Source: an uncultured Chloroflexia bacterium (GTDB lineage Bacteria; Chloroflexota; Anaerolineae; Anaerolineales; Anaerolineaceae). From it: a DNA stretch of 32,000 nucleotides. Shown piece after piece: positions 8,640 to 16,615 of the stretch; positions within the stretch are counted from its first letter, which is position 1, and every line of letters begins with the position of its first letter. Position numbers and translations under genes: made by a program. The notes below the pieces were generated by a model, which made no database searches, had not been told where the DNA came from, and saw only the letters and a list, made by a program, of their open reading frames with translations. The DNA lies in contig OY969938.1 of NCBI GenBank assembly GCA_963704755.1, forward strand, positions 2,940,001 through 2,972,000, in the 5' to 3' direction.

Positions 8640-9176
8640 TTGGGTTTGGCGTTGCTCGGCTTTTTTCTGGCGGCGCTGTTCCTGCTCTTGTTGGGAATCG
8701 TGCTGTTGTGGCAAGGCCGGCGAGCACAGCGCAGCAGCGGGCTGCCATCCGGGCGGGTGATTTACTCCGACCCAAAAATTTTGGGTGCGCCCGAGCGCCC
8801 GCTCTTCGACGGTGAGTATCACCTGACCGGCAAGCCGGACTATCTGGTTGAAGAAGCCGGTGCGGTCATCCCGGTAGAGGTCAAGAGCCGCTGGGCGCCA
8901 TCCCAGCCCCACCCGGGGCATATCTACCAACTGCTGGCCTACTGTCTGTTGGTGGAAAAGACCAGCGGCAAGCGCCCGCCCTATGGCATCTTGCGCTACC
9001 GCAACCGCTCGTTCGCCATAGACTACACCCGCGAGGCCGAGCGTGACCTGCTGGCACTGCTGGATGAAATTCAGCAGGCCGGCGTACGCAAAGAACAGGA
9101 TCGCTCGCATGACGAGCCGGGTCGCTGCGCCCACTGTGGCTATCGCTCGATGTGCGACCAGCGATTAACAAGATAA
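8640..9176 (+). CDS. Cas4-like PD-(D/E)XK nuclease core, C-terminal fragment (TM helix + RecB-like motifs + CxxCx5C)
   Basis: GKPDYLV...VIPVEVKS (D...ExK), YQLLAY (QxxxY), CAHCGYRSMC. In frame with 8400-8639. GAGG (8633-8636) precedes TTG codons at 8640 and 8646. Confidence 0.65.
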   Translation: MGLALLGFFLAALFLLLLGIVLLWQGRRAQRSSGLPSGRVIYSDPKILGAPERPLFDGEYHLTGKPDYLVEEAGAVIPVEVKSRWAPSQPHPGHIYQLLAYCLLVEKTSGKRPPYGILRYRNRSFAIDYTREAERDLLALLDEIQQAGVRKEQDRSHDEPGRCAHCGYRSMCDQRLTR

Positions 9177-9222
9177 GCTGTGATGCGGTCGCTTCGCAGA
9201 CCGCATCACAGCTTATCTTGTT
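9167..9222. terminator. 24-bp perfect palindrome / bidirectional terminator at island boundary
   Basis: 9167-9190 is the reverse complement of 9199-9222. Loop is GCTTCGCA. It contains stop codon 9174-9176. TTTTG follows. Confidence 0.7.
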
Positions 9223-9232
9223 TTGTAACCAA

Positions 9233-9775
9233 CTAATTCGATGAATGATGGGGCAAATTGCTTACCGAAAGGCCGGACTGGGACAGGATATTCTCATTCA
9301 TATTTAATACAAACACTTTGGAAGTTAACCAGTTTGTTTTTTGTTTAAAAACATTCCCTTCGACAGACTTTTTTACTTTTTCGCGTTTTGGAAGATACGA
9401 AGGAATGTCTTGTTCAAGCCATATCACGACCTTAATTTCAGAATTACATAAAGCATGGAAATATTCGTTTATATTAACGGATGGATCAGAATTGCGGTAA
9501 GCGCCCAATAAACCGGCTACCGTATCTCTGACTTTTTGCCCAATTTCAATAGCTAAGTCCCCACTAAAAACTCGTTTTTGATTTTCGATCCTGTACCCTC
9601 GGAAATCTTTCGCTTCGATTAAGAACAAATCGTTTTCTCTCAATCCCAAGAAATCGATCGCTTTGGTCCCTTGAAGCCTTCCCACTCCTTCGCGATATAG
9701 CTCCGTGTCGTCATATTTAATTACTTGCCAGGTATCGTCAAAAGAAAAATGAAGGTTCCCTTCGTCGAAGTCCAT
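9233..9775 (-). CDS. small PD-(D/E)XK-like putative nuclease (no recognised family)
   Basis: AID(41)FLGL-x-LFLIE(54)AK(56)D motif. AT-rich codon usage. Starts 9 nt after the upstream ATPase stop, with a G6 SD-like run. Confidence 0.7.
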   Translation of the reverse strand: MDFDEGNLHFSFDDTWQVIKYDDTELYREGVGRLQGTKAIDFLGLRENDLFLIEAKDFRGYRIENQKRVFSGDLAIEIGQKVRDTVAGLLGAYRNSDPSVNINEYFHALCNSEIKVVIWLEQDIPSYLPKREKVKKSVEGNVFKQKTNWLTSKVFVLNMNENILSQSGLSVSNLPHHSSN

Positions 9776-9784
9776 TGTCCCCCC

Positions 9785-10825
9785 TTATTCAGTTAAAAAT
9801 TGATTTGCTTCTCGATCATAATGGGCAGCAAATTCATCCAGGATGGGATTCCGATCGATTTCTGCCAGCGTTCTGCCTGATTCAAACATTACCCCAGCTT
9901 TTCGTTTGGGCTGATATAGGGCAAAAAATTGGATATCCAGATCTTTATCGTATTCAGCGGCAAGGGAAAGCTCCTGGCTTAATAGAAAATCGTGGGTAGC
10001 AATAAATATTTGCATTCCGGAAGAAGCCAATAATTTCATTGCTTCGACAATGTCAACAATCATTTTGGGGTTTAAATTTGCTTCGGGTTCATCCCAAAAC
10101 AGGAAGCCATTTTGAGTAAGGGACCCATTATTCAAAAGGTAAAGTAATTCGGCTATTTTCCGGTAACCTTCCGAGACAAGCGGAGCTTCGAGCTTTGCTT
10201 CCGGCAAGCGAACATAAAATGTTTGTCCTTCCTGGCTAACACTTGCCCCCGCTAATGCCTTTTTTAAGGGCTCGCCCAGGCGTTTGATTTCCTCCAATTT
10301 TGGACCACGCATAGGCGCCGCTGAAAGCGCAACCGCCAGGTCGTAATAAGTCTGATCGAAAGAGGATTCGCGTGTTTGATATGCGGCAATAAAGCCGGGG
10401 TAAGTAGATAGAAACTCATGAACCGGGAGAAATACAGACTTGTCCGGGGAAGGGAGCTTGTCAAATTCAACGCTTACACTGTTTCTTGCATTTATAGTAA
10501 TTTCGAAGCGGTCGTTGTCGTAGCCTAAGGTTAATTTTCCGGTATTATTTCCTACCTGATGGCGGACCAGGCGGCCTATTTTGTTGGGTTTAAATATACC
10601 TGAAAGATTTTCTTCGCTGATTAACGCAATCTTATTTTTGTCCTCAATTTGGTCGCGCTGTGCAACTTCACAAATTTTCAGGGCGGCATACATCGCCTTC
10701 ATAAGGTGTGTTTTTCCGGTTGAGTTGGCACCGATAAATACGTTAATTCCTGGGTTAAATTGAAACTGGATTGGTTCGGCAAAAGCAGTGAATTGTTCCA
10801 GGACGATTTCGGTTACCTTACCCAT
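9785..10825 (-). CDS. ABC/SMC-type ATPase (AAA_21/AAA_15-like)
   Basis: Walker A GANSTGKT, signature-like VSEGYRK, Walker B FLFWDEPEANLNP, H-loop IATHD. AAGGAG 9 nt upstream of the ATG. Confidence 0.85.
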   Translation of the reverse strand: MGKVTEIVLEQFTAFAEPIQFQFNPGINVFIGANSTGKTHLMKAMYAALKICEVAQRDQIEDKNKIALISEENLSGIFKPNKIGRLVRHQVGNNTGKLTLGYDNDRFEITINARNSVSVEFDKLPSPDKSVFLPVHEFLSTYPGFIAAYQTRESSFDQTYYDLAVALSAAPMRGPKLEEIKRLGEPLKKALAGASVSQEGQTFYVRLPEAKLEAPLVSEGYRKIAELLYLLNNGSLTQNGFLFWDEPEANLNPKMIVDIVEAMKLLASSGMQIFIATHDFLLSQELSLAAEYDKDLDIQFFALYQPKRKAGVMFESGRTLAEIDRNPILDEFAAHYDREANQFLTE

Positions 10826-10873
10826 TGATTGGCACTCCTTATGGTCTCAATTCACGATACGGAGTTTTCTATA

Positions 10874-10902
10874 ATTTTAATGGTTAATTAGGATGGCTTG
10901 AA
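10874..10902 (-). promoter_or_regulatory. putative promoter of the ATPase/nuclease cassette
   Basis: On the minus strand: TTCAAG (10897-10902), 17 nt, TAAAAT (10874-10879). Confidence 0.35.
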
Positions 10903-11241
10903 AGAAAACAAAATGGTATGCTGTAGATAAGGCTTTTTGCAATTTTGCCTCAAAGATCCGAGCATAAAACGATAAATCAAGTTTACAATGATTAATGATA
11001 TCATAAGTCAACCTGTAAGCCAGGTAAACTCAAAGGGTGTTGAAAAACATCCGGATATTTTAGAAATTTGGGTATATATGAAAGGGCAGCGAAGTCGCTC
11101 CTCTATATATACCCGGTCTAGTCGTTGAAAATCGACTTTTTCAAAACGCTCAAACTCACATGGTGCAAAAAGGGCAATTATCCAGCGGTAGCATTATTTT
11201 TCGGAAATCTTTTTTACCTTAATGACGACGGAGTGGCTTTT

Positions 11242-11271
11242 TCGACACCCTAACAACCAGGCTGGTATAAT
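11242..11271 (+). promoter_or_regulatory. putative extended -10 promoter giving leaderless nadK mRNA
   Basis: TCGACA (11242-11247), 18 nt, TGgTATAAT (11263-11271). The ATG at 11280 is only 8 nt after the -10, with no SD. Confidence 0.45.
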
Positions 11272-11279
11272 ATTTCAAT

Positions 11280-12161
11280 ATGGACCCTTCGACGAATCCT
11301 CCGCGCAGGTTTGCAATTGGCTGGCAACCGACCATTAAAGCAGCCCAGCAAGAGGCGGAGAAAATTGCCAGGTACCTGCAAGAACGCGACCTGAACGTAC
11401 AGGTGGCCTCGATCGAGCAAAATGGGGTACATTCCTCCCTGGAAAAAGGCGGGTATGACCTGTTGATCGCTCTGGGAGGCGACGGCACCATGTTACGGGC
11501 TGGCCAGCTCTGCGGCCCGCTGGGGATTCCCATCCTGGGAATCAATCTCGGGCATTTCGGTTTCCTGACCGAAGTCAGCCAGAATGAATGGCCTGAAATC
11601 ATGCCACGTTTGCTGGCTGGCGATTATCGCCTGGAAGACCGTATGATGTTGAAAGCCGAGCATCTCCGCGATGACCAGGTGCGCGGAACCTATACCGCGC
11701 TTAATGAGGTGGTGGTTTGCCGCGGTAAAGTGGTGCGGCCCATCCGCCTGCAGGCCCTGGTGGATGGCTATTTGCTGGCCAATTACGTGGCCGACGGGTT
11801 GATCGTGGCCACACCGACCGGGTCTACGGCTTACTCCCTGGCAGTCGGTGGGCCAATTCTGCCGCCCGACCTGCGCAATATATTGATCACTGCCGTGGCG
11901 CCGCATCTTTCGGTGGACCGGGCCGTGGTCCTTTCAGAAGGCTCTGTGGTGACGATTATGGCTCGCACCAATCACCAGGCCGTGTTCAGTGTCGATGGCC
12001 ACGAGCCGGTCGAACTCGAAGACGGCGATTGTGTCAAGGTCGAGTCGATCCCCGAGAGCGTTCACTTTGTCCGCTTCCAGGATTATGGCTATTTTTACCG
12101 TAACCTGACCAATTATATGGAACAAAATCCTTCCACCAAGAATCATCATGATCGAAGATAA
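11280..12161 (+). CDS. nadK: NAD(+) kinase
   Basis: GGDGTMLRA and NLGHFGFLTE motifs. PTGSTAYSLAVGGPI. Confidence 0.95.
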   Translation: MDPSTNPPRRFAIGWQPTIKAAQQEAEKIARYLQERDLNVQVASIEQNGVHSSLEKGGYDLLIALGGDGTMLRAGQLCGPLGIPILGINLGHFGFLTEVSQNEWPEIMPRLLAGDYRLEDRMMLKAEHLRDDQVRGTYTALNEVVVCRGKVVRPIRLQALVDGYLLANYVADGLIVATPTGSTAYSLAVGGPILPPDLRNILITAVAPHLSVDRAVVLSEGSVVTIMARTNHQAVFSVDGHEPVELEDGDCVKVESIPESVHFVRFQDYGYFYRNLTNYMEQNPSTKNHHDRR

Positions 12162-12678
12162 CCCTCCAAAACTCTACTGTTATAACCATCCCAATCGTGA
12201 AACGCAACTGCGCTGCAACCGTTGTAACCGCCCGATTTGCGCGGATTGCGCCGTGCTTACCGAGACCGGTTATCGCTGTAAAGAATGTGTGCGCGGCCAG
12301 CAAAAAATCTTTGAGACGGCCGAATGGATCGATTATCCCATCGCCGCGATCGTGGCCGCAGTGCTTGGCTATATTGGCAGCCTGGTGGTGGGTTACCTGG
12401 GTTTTTTCACCATTTTTGTCGCCCCGATTATTGGGGTGGTCATTGCCGAGGCAGTACGTTGGGTGACCCGCCGTCACCGGGCCCCCTGGTTGTACCGCAC
12501 GGCTGTGATCGCTGCCGTGGTGGTCGGTTTGTTCCGGCCGTTGTTGTATTTGTTCGCGTTTTTAGGCGGCGGTTTTGCCGGCCTGGGTGTTTTGACTGCC
12601 TTGCTCTGGCAGGGGGTTTATCTGGTACTCATGGCCAGCAGTATGTTTTACCGCCTGTCCGGTATTCGGATTGGGTGA
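12148..12678 (+). CDS. B-box-type zinc-finger membrane protein
   Basis: CYNHPNRETQLRCNRCNRPICADC...CKEC, then about 4 TM segments. Overlaps the nadK end by 14 nt. Confidence 0.75.
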   Translation: MIEDNPPKLYCYNHPNRETQLRCNRCNRPICADCAVLTETGYRCKECVRGQQKIFETAEWIDYPIAAIVAAVLGYIGSLVVGYLGFFTIFVAPIIGVVIAEAVRWVTRRHRAPWLYRTAVIAAVVVGLFRPLLYLFAFLGGGFAGLGVLTALLWQGVYLVLMASSMFYRLSGIRIG

Positions 12679-12687
12679 ACAGCACTT

Positions 12688-14444
12688 ATGCTCCTGGAGC
12701 TGCGGATCGAGAATTTTGCCATCATCCAGTCCTTGGAACTGGAATTCAAGGCCGGGTTGACCACCTTTACCGGTGAGACCGGCGCCGGTAAATCGATCAT
12801 TCTGGATGCCATCGTCGCCCTGCTCGGCGGTAAAGCCGATACCACCTTTATTCGCGCCGGGACGGATCGCGCCAGCCTCGAGGCGGTATTTTCCATCCCG
12901 CAGACCAACCGCCAGGCGGTGCTGGATTTTCTGGCGCGGGAAGACCTTTTGGATGATGGGGAAGATGTGACCCTGAGCCGCGAACTGCGCCAAAATGGCC
13001 GCAGCAGTGGACGGATCAACGGGCGCAGCGTGGCGGTAACTTTGATGCGCGAATTGGGAGAATACCTGGTGGATATCCACGGCCAGGCCGAGCACCTTTC
13101 GCTGCTCAATGTGCGCCAGCATTTGCGCCTGCTGGATGAATTTGCCGCGGACCGGCCGGCCCTGGAGGCCTATCAGCGTGTGTACCGCGAACTTCGGGGT
13201 GTGCAGAAGTCCCTGGCAGGCCTGCGCCAGAGCGAAATGGATGCTGCCCGCAAGACCGACCTGCTGGAATACCAGGCCCAGGAGATCGAGAACGCGATGC
13301 TCAAGCCGGGTGAGGAAGATGAACTCCGTTTGGAGCGGTCCCGCCTGGCGAACGCGGAGACCCTGGCGTCATCCGCGCAGCAGGCCCTGGCGCTGCTGGA
13401 CGAGGGCAGCCCGGAGGCCCCCGCGATCAACGAGCTGCTTGGGCAGGCGGCCGCGGCTCTGGAAGTATTGGCTCGCATCGACACGACCCAACAGGCCCTG
13501 GCCGACCAGGTTGCTGTGATGAATGAGACCCTGGCCGAGTTAGGCCGGGAGCTCAGCGATTACCTGGAAACGATCGAATTCAACCCGAAGCGGCTGGAGC
13601 AGGTGGAAGAACGCCTGGATTTGATCCAGCGGCTCAAGCGCAAATATGGCGGCAGCCTGGAAGCGGCCCTGGAATTTGCCCGTTCGGCGCGGGAAGAATT
13701 GGATACGATTGCCCACGCTACCGAACGGATCGCCGAGCTGGAAGTCACGCGAGAAAGAATTGCTCAAAGACCTTGGCCAGCGTGGCCAGGAGCTGGCGCA
13801 GCAGCGCCGCCAAGGCCGCCGGAGAATTGTCTCGCAGGGGGTCGAGCGCGAGTTGGCCGACCTGAGCATGGCCGGGGCGCAATTCGCGGTGGATATCCAA
13901 TTCCGGCCGGATAGACTCGGGGCGCCCATGCCGGATGGTCAGCGGGTCGCATTCGACGAAAGTGGCCTGGACCAGGTCGAGTTTCTTAATTGCGCCCAAC
14001 CCTGGCGAAGGGCTAAAGCCGCTGGTCAAGATTGCCTCCGGCGGCGAAACCTCGCGCTTGATGCTGGCGCTCAAGAAAGTGCTGACGGAAGCAGACTCCA
14101 TCCCCACCCTTATCTTCGATGAGATCGACCAGGGCATGGGTGGGCGGGTTGGTACGGTAGTGGGTGAAAAATTATGGCTGTTAGGCCGCCAACACCAGGT
14201 GTTATGTGTTACCCACCTGCCGCAATTGGCTGCTTATGGTGACCAGCATTATAGTGTCCGCAAGCGGGTCGAAGGCGGCCGCACCAGCACGGTTGTGGAG
14301 CAAATGGCCGGTGAAAACCGGCTGGTCGAACTGGCCCAGATGTTAGGCGCCGTTACCCAGGCTAACCTCAATGCTGCCCGTGAAACGCTGAAAGGTGCAC
14401 GAATGCGGGCGGGCGAAATGGACGCAGGTCGCTTGACCGGATAG
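12688..14444 (+). pseudogene. recN: DNA repair protein RecN, reading frame broken at least twice
   Basis: N-terminal LELRIENFAII...GETGAGKSIILDA in frame 1 to ~13744. The middle part (REKELLKDLGQ...LDQVEF) is in frame 2. The C-terminal part (LIAPNPGEGLKPLVKIASGGETSR...IFDEIDQGMGG...THLPQLAA) is in frame 0 from ~13983. Confidence 0.85.
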
Positions 14445-14479
14445 TTCTGGGGGTAAATCTGCGGAGAAAGCGAAAATAA

Positions 14480-16615
14480 GTGGGGATGAACGCTGAAAAT
14501 GCAAAGCTTCGAATCCAACTGCTCGGCCCGGCCGTAGTGTTATACGGCGACCAGCCCGTTCACGTGCAGCGTAGGGTGATGCGCGCCATATTGTTCTACC
14601 TGGCTTGCCAGACGGAACCGGTCGGGCGGTCCACTTTGATGGACCTGCTCTGGCCAGAAGAAGACGAAGAGCAGGCGCGCCGGCGTTTGCGGGAAGTGCT
14701 CAGCAAGCTGCGCGCGCAATTACCCAGCCCATCGATGATCGTGGCCGAGCAAGATTACGTTCACCTGGATATGGAGCAGGTCTACGTGGACGTGCTGGAG
14801 TTTCAGGCCCTGGTCGATCAGGTCCATCTCTACCTTCAGCGCCAGGGCAACAGCCCGCTGCCGGAGAGCATCTACCAACAGATGTTCAAGGCGATCAATT
14901 TGTGGCGCCGGGCCGAGTTCGTTGCCGGAACGAACCTGCCTTCCAGTGAGGGGATCGACCGCTGGTATGTCATGACCAGCCAGTCTTTGTATTACAACCG
15001 CCAGGCGATGCTGGAGACATTGGCGCGCCATTCGGCCGTCTCCGGTGATATGGACATGGCCGTGTTTTGGGTTCGGCGAGCCATTGAGACGGATGAGGAT
15101 AACCCGGACCTGTACTATCTGCTGGTTAACTGGCTGCGCAATATGGGCCGGCGCATCGAGGCGCTCAAGGTGTGCGACCAGGTCCGCGCCAAATTCCATG
15201 ATCTGGGCGAAGAGGTTCCGTCCGCGCTGGTTGCCCTGTGCCAGCAGGTCCACGAGGAAGCCGCCCAGCCGGAAATGGAACGGCAGGTGCCCTGGCACAA
15301 CCAGTTTACCCTCCAGGTACCTTTCGTTGGCCGCAAAGAGGTCCTTTCACAGCTCAGGCTGGCCTTGCAGCGCGGTGGCCTGGAGTTGATCTGGGGTGAA
15401 GCCGGCGCAGGCAAGAGCCGCCTGACCTTCGAGTTTTATCAGTCCCTGGAGCCGGCGCCGCGGCTGTTGTTCGCGGCCGGGCATATCAACCAGATGGATT
15501 TGCCCTACCAACCCTTGATCGATGTGCTGCGTCATTCGGTAACCATTACCGAATGGCAGCAGTTGGACGTGGTTTGGGCGAACATCCTCACCGAATTGGT
15601 ACCGGAATTGACCTCCCTCCGCCCGGGCACGACCAGCCCGCCCCGCGATACTGTACCCGCTAACCGGCGCCAGAGGATCTCGGAAGCTCTTCTGCAAATC
15701 TTGCATATCACAGCCCGGCGCCAAAGGCTGCTGTTCTTCCTGGACGATGCCCAATGGTGCGACCCGGATACCCTGGGCGTGCTGGCCTATCTTTTAGATA
15801 ACAGCCTGTTCAACGAGCGGGGCCTGCTGGTGATCGCCGCCCGCCCGGAGGAGACCAACCCCGATTTGAAGCAGTTCACCAAACGTTCCCAAATGGGTTG
15901 GCGGATCCACCACAACCAGGTGGATTTGTTCACCCGGGAGGAGATTGCCGAGCTGTGCCGCCATGTGATCGGCAAGCCGCCCCGGCTGGCCCTGGTGGAT
16001 CAATTGGCCCGGGATACGGGCGGGAACCCCCTGTTCTTGCTGGAAATTCTGCACACGCTGCTGGACTACAACTTCGATCCCGACGACCCGCGTCACAGTG
16101 ACCATCTGCCCCTGGCCTTTGGCATCCTGAAGGTGGCCGAGGAACGTTTTCGCTTGTTGGATCCCCAGGTCAGTGAAGCCCTGGAAGTGGCAGCGGTGAT
16201 TGGGAACACCTTTACGCCCGAATTGTTCGCGGCGGCGGCTCACCTGGAACTGGACCAGGCCGTCGTGGTGTTGGAAGAGCTGGAGCGTATTCGCCTGGTC
16301 AAGCCCAGTGACCAGGACGATTATCCCGGACCGTACACCTTCATCCACGAAAAAATTCGCGAAGTCATGCTCTACGAGATGAGCCAGGTGCGCCGCAGGT
16401 TCCTCAACTTGCGGGTGGCCAAGGCCATCGAGCAAACCGGCCAGGATACGAAACCTAAGGCTGTCCTGGTGGCCGGGTATTACGAGGCCGGCGGCGATAT
16501 GCACCAGGCGTTTCGCAACTGGATGGTTGCGGCGGATTATGCTCGCGACCGGCTGGATCGAGCCCAGGCAACCCTGGCTTATCGGCGGGCCGAAATCGAC
16601 TTTGATGCGCATTGA
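14480..16615 (+). CDS. SARP/BTAD-family regulator fused to STAND (AAA_16/NB-ARC-like) ATPase
   Basis: N-terminal winged-helix LRIQLLGP...RRVMRAILFYLA. BTAD region. Walker A GEAGAGKSRL. Walker B LLFFLDDAQWCD. Confidence 0.85.
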   Translation: MGMNAENAKLRIQLLGPAVVLYGDQPVHVQRRVMRAILFYLACQTEPVGRSTLMDLLWPEEDEEQARRRLREVLSKLRAQLPSPSMIVAEQDYVHLDMEQVYVDVLEFQALVDQVHLYLQRQGNSPLPESIYQQMFKAINLWRRAEFVAGTNLPSSEGIDRWYVMTSQSLYYNRQAMLETLARHSAVSGDMDMAVFWVRRAIETDEDNPDLYYLLVNWLRNMGRRIEALKVCDQVRAKFHDLGEEVPSALVALCQQVHEEAAQPEMERQVPWHNQFTLQVPFVGRKEVLSQLRLALQRGGLELIWGEAGAGKSRLTFEFYQSLEPAPRLLFAAGHINQMDLPYQPLIDVLRHSVTITEWQQLDVVWANILTELVPELTSLRPGTTSPPRDTVPANRRQRISEALLQILHITARRQRLLFFLDDAQWCDPDTLGVLAYLLDNSLFNERGLLVIAARPEETNPDLKQFTKRSQMGWRIHHNQVDLFTREEIAELCRHVIGKPPRLALVDQLARDTGGNPLFLLEILHTLLDYNFDPDDPRHSDHLPLAFGILKVAEERFRLLDPQVSEALEVAAVIGNTFTPELFAAAAHLELDQAVVVLEELERIRLVKPSDQDDYPGPYTFIHEKIREVMLYEMSQVRRRFLNLRVAKAIEQTGQDTKPKAVLVAGYYEAGGDMHQAFRNWMVAADYARDRLDRAQATLAYRRAEIDFDAH

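Noticed and set aside
8239-9134. Minus-strand ORFs of 178 and 183 aa opposite the translin and Cas4-like genes
   Set aside because: Arg/Ala/Pro-rich shadow ORFs. The plus-strand frames carry recognisable motifs.
10826-11240. Small palindromes in the AT-rich region upstream of the island ATPase (e.g. GGGTATATAT…ATATATACCC around 11068-11115, GTTGAAAA…TTTTCAAAAC around 11125-11150)
   Set aside because: They could be operators or remnants of an integration site. I could find no repeat of the island boundary sequence or any recombinase gene, so there is no specific claim to support.
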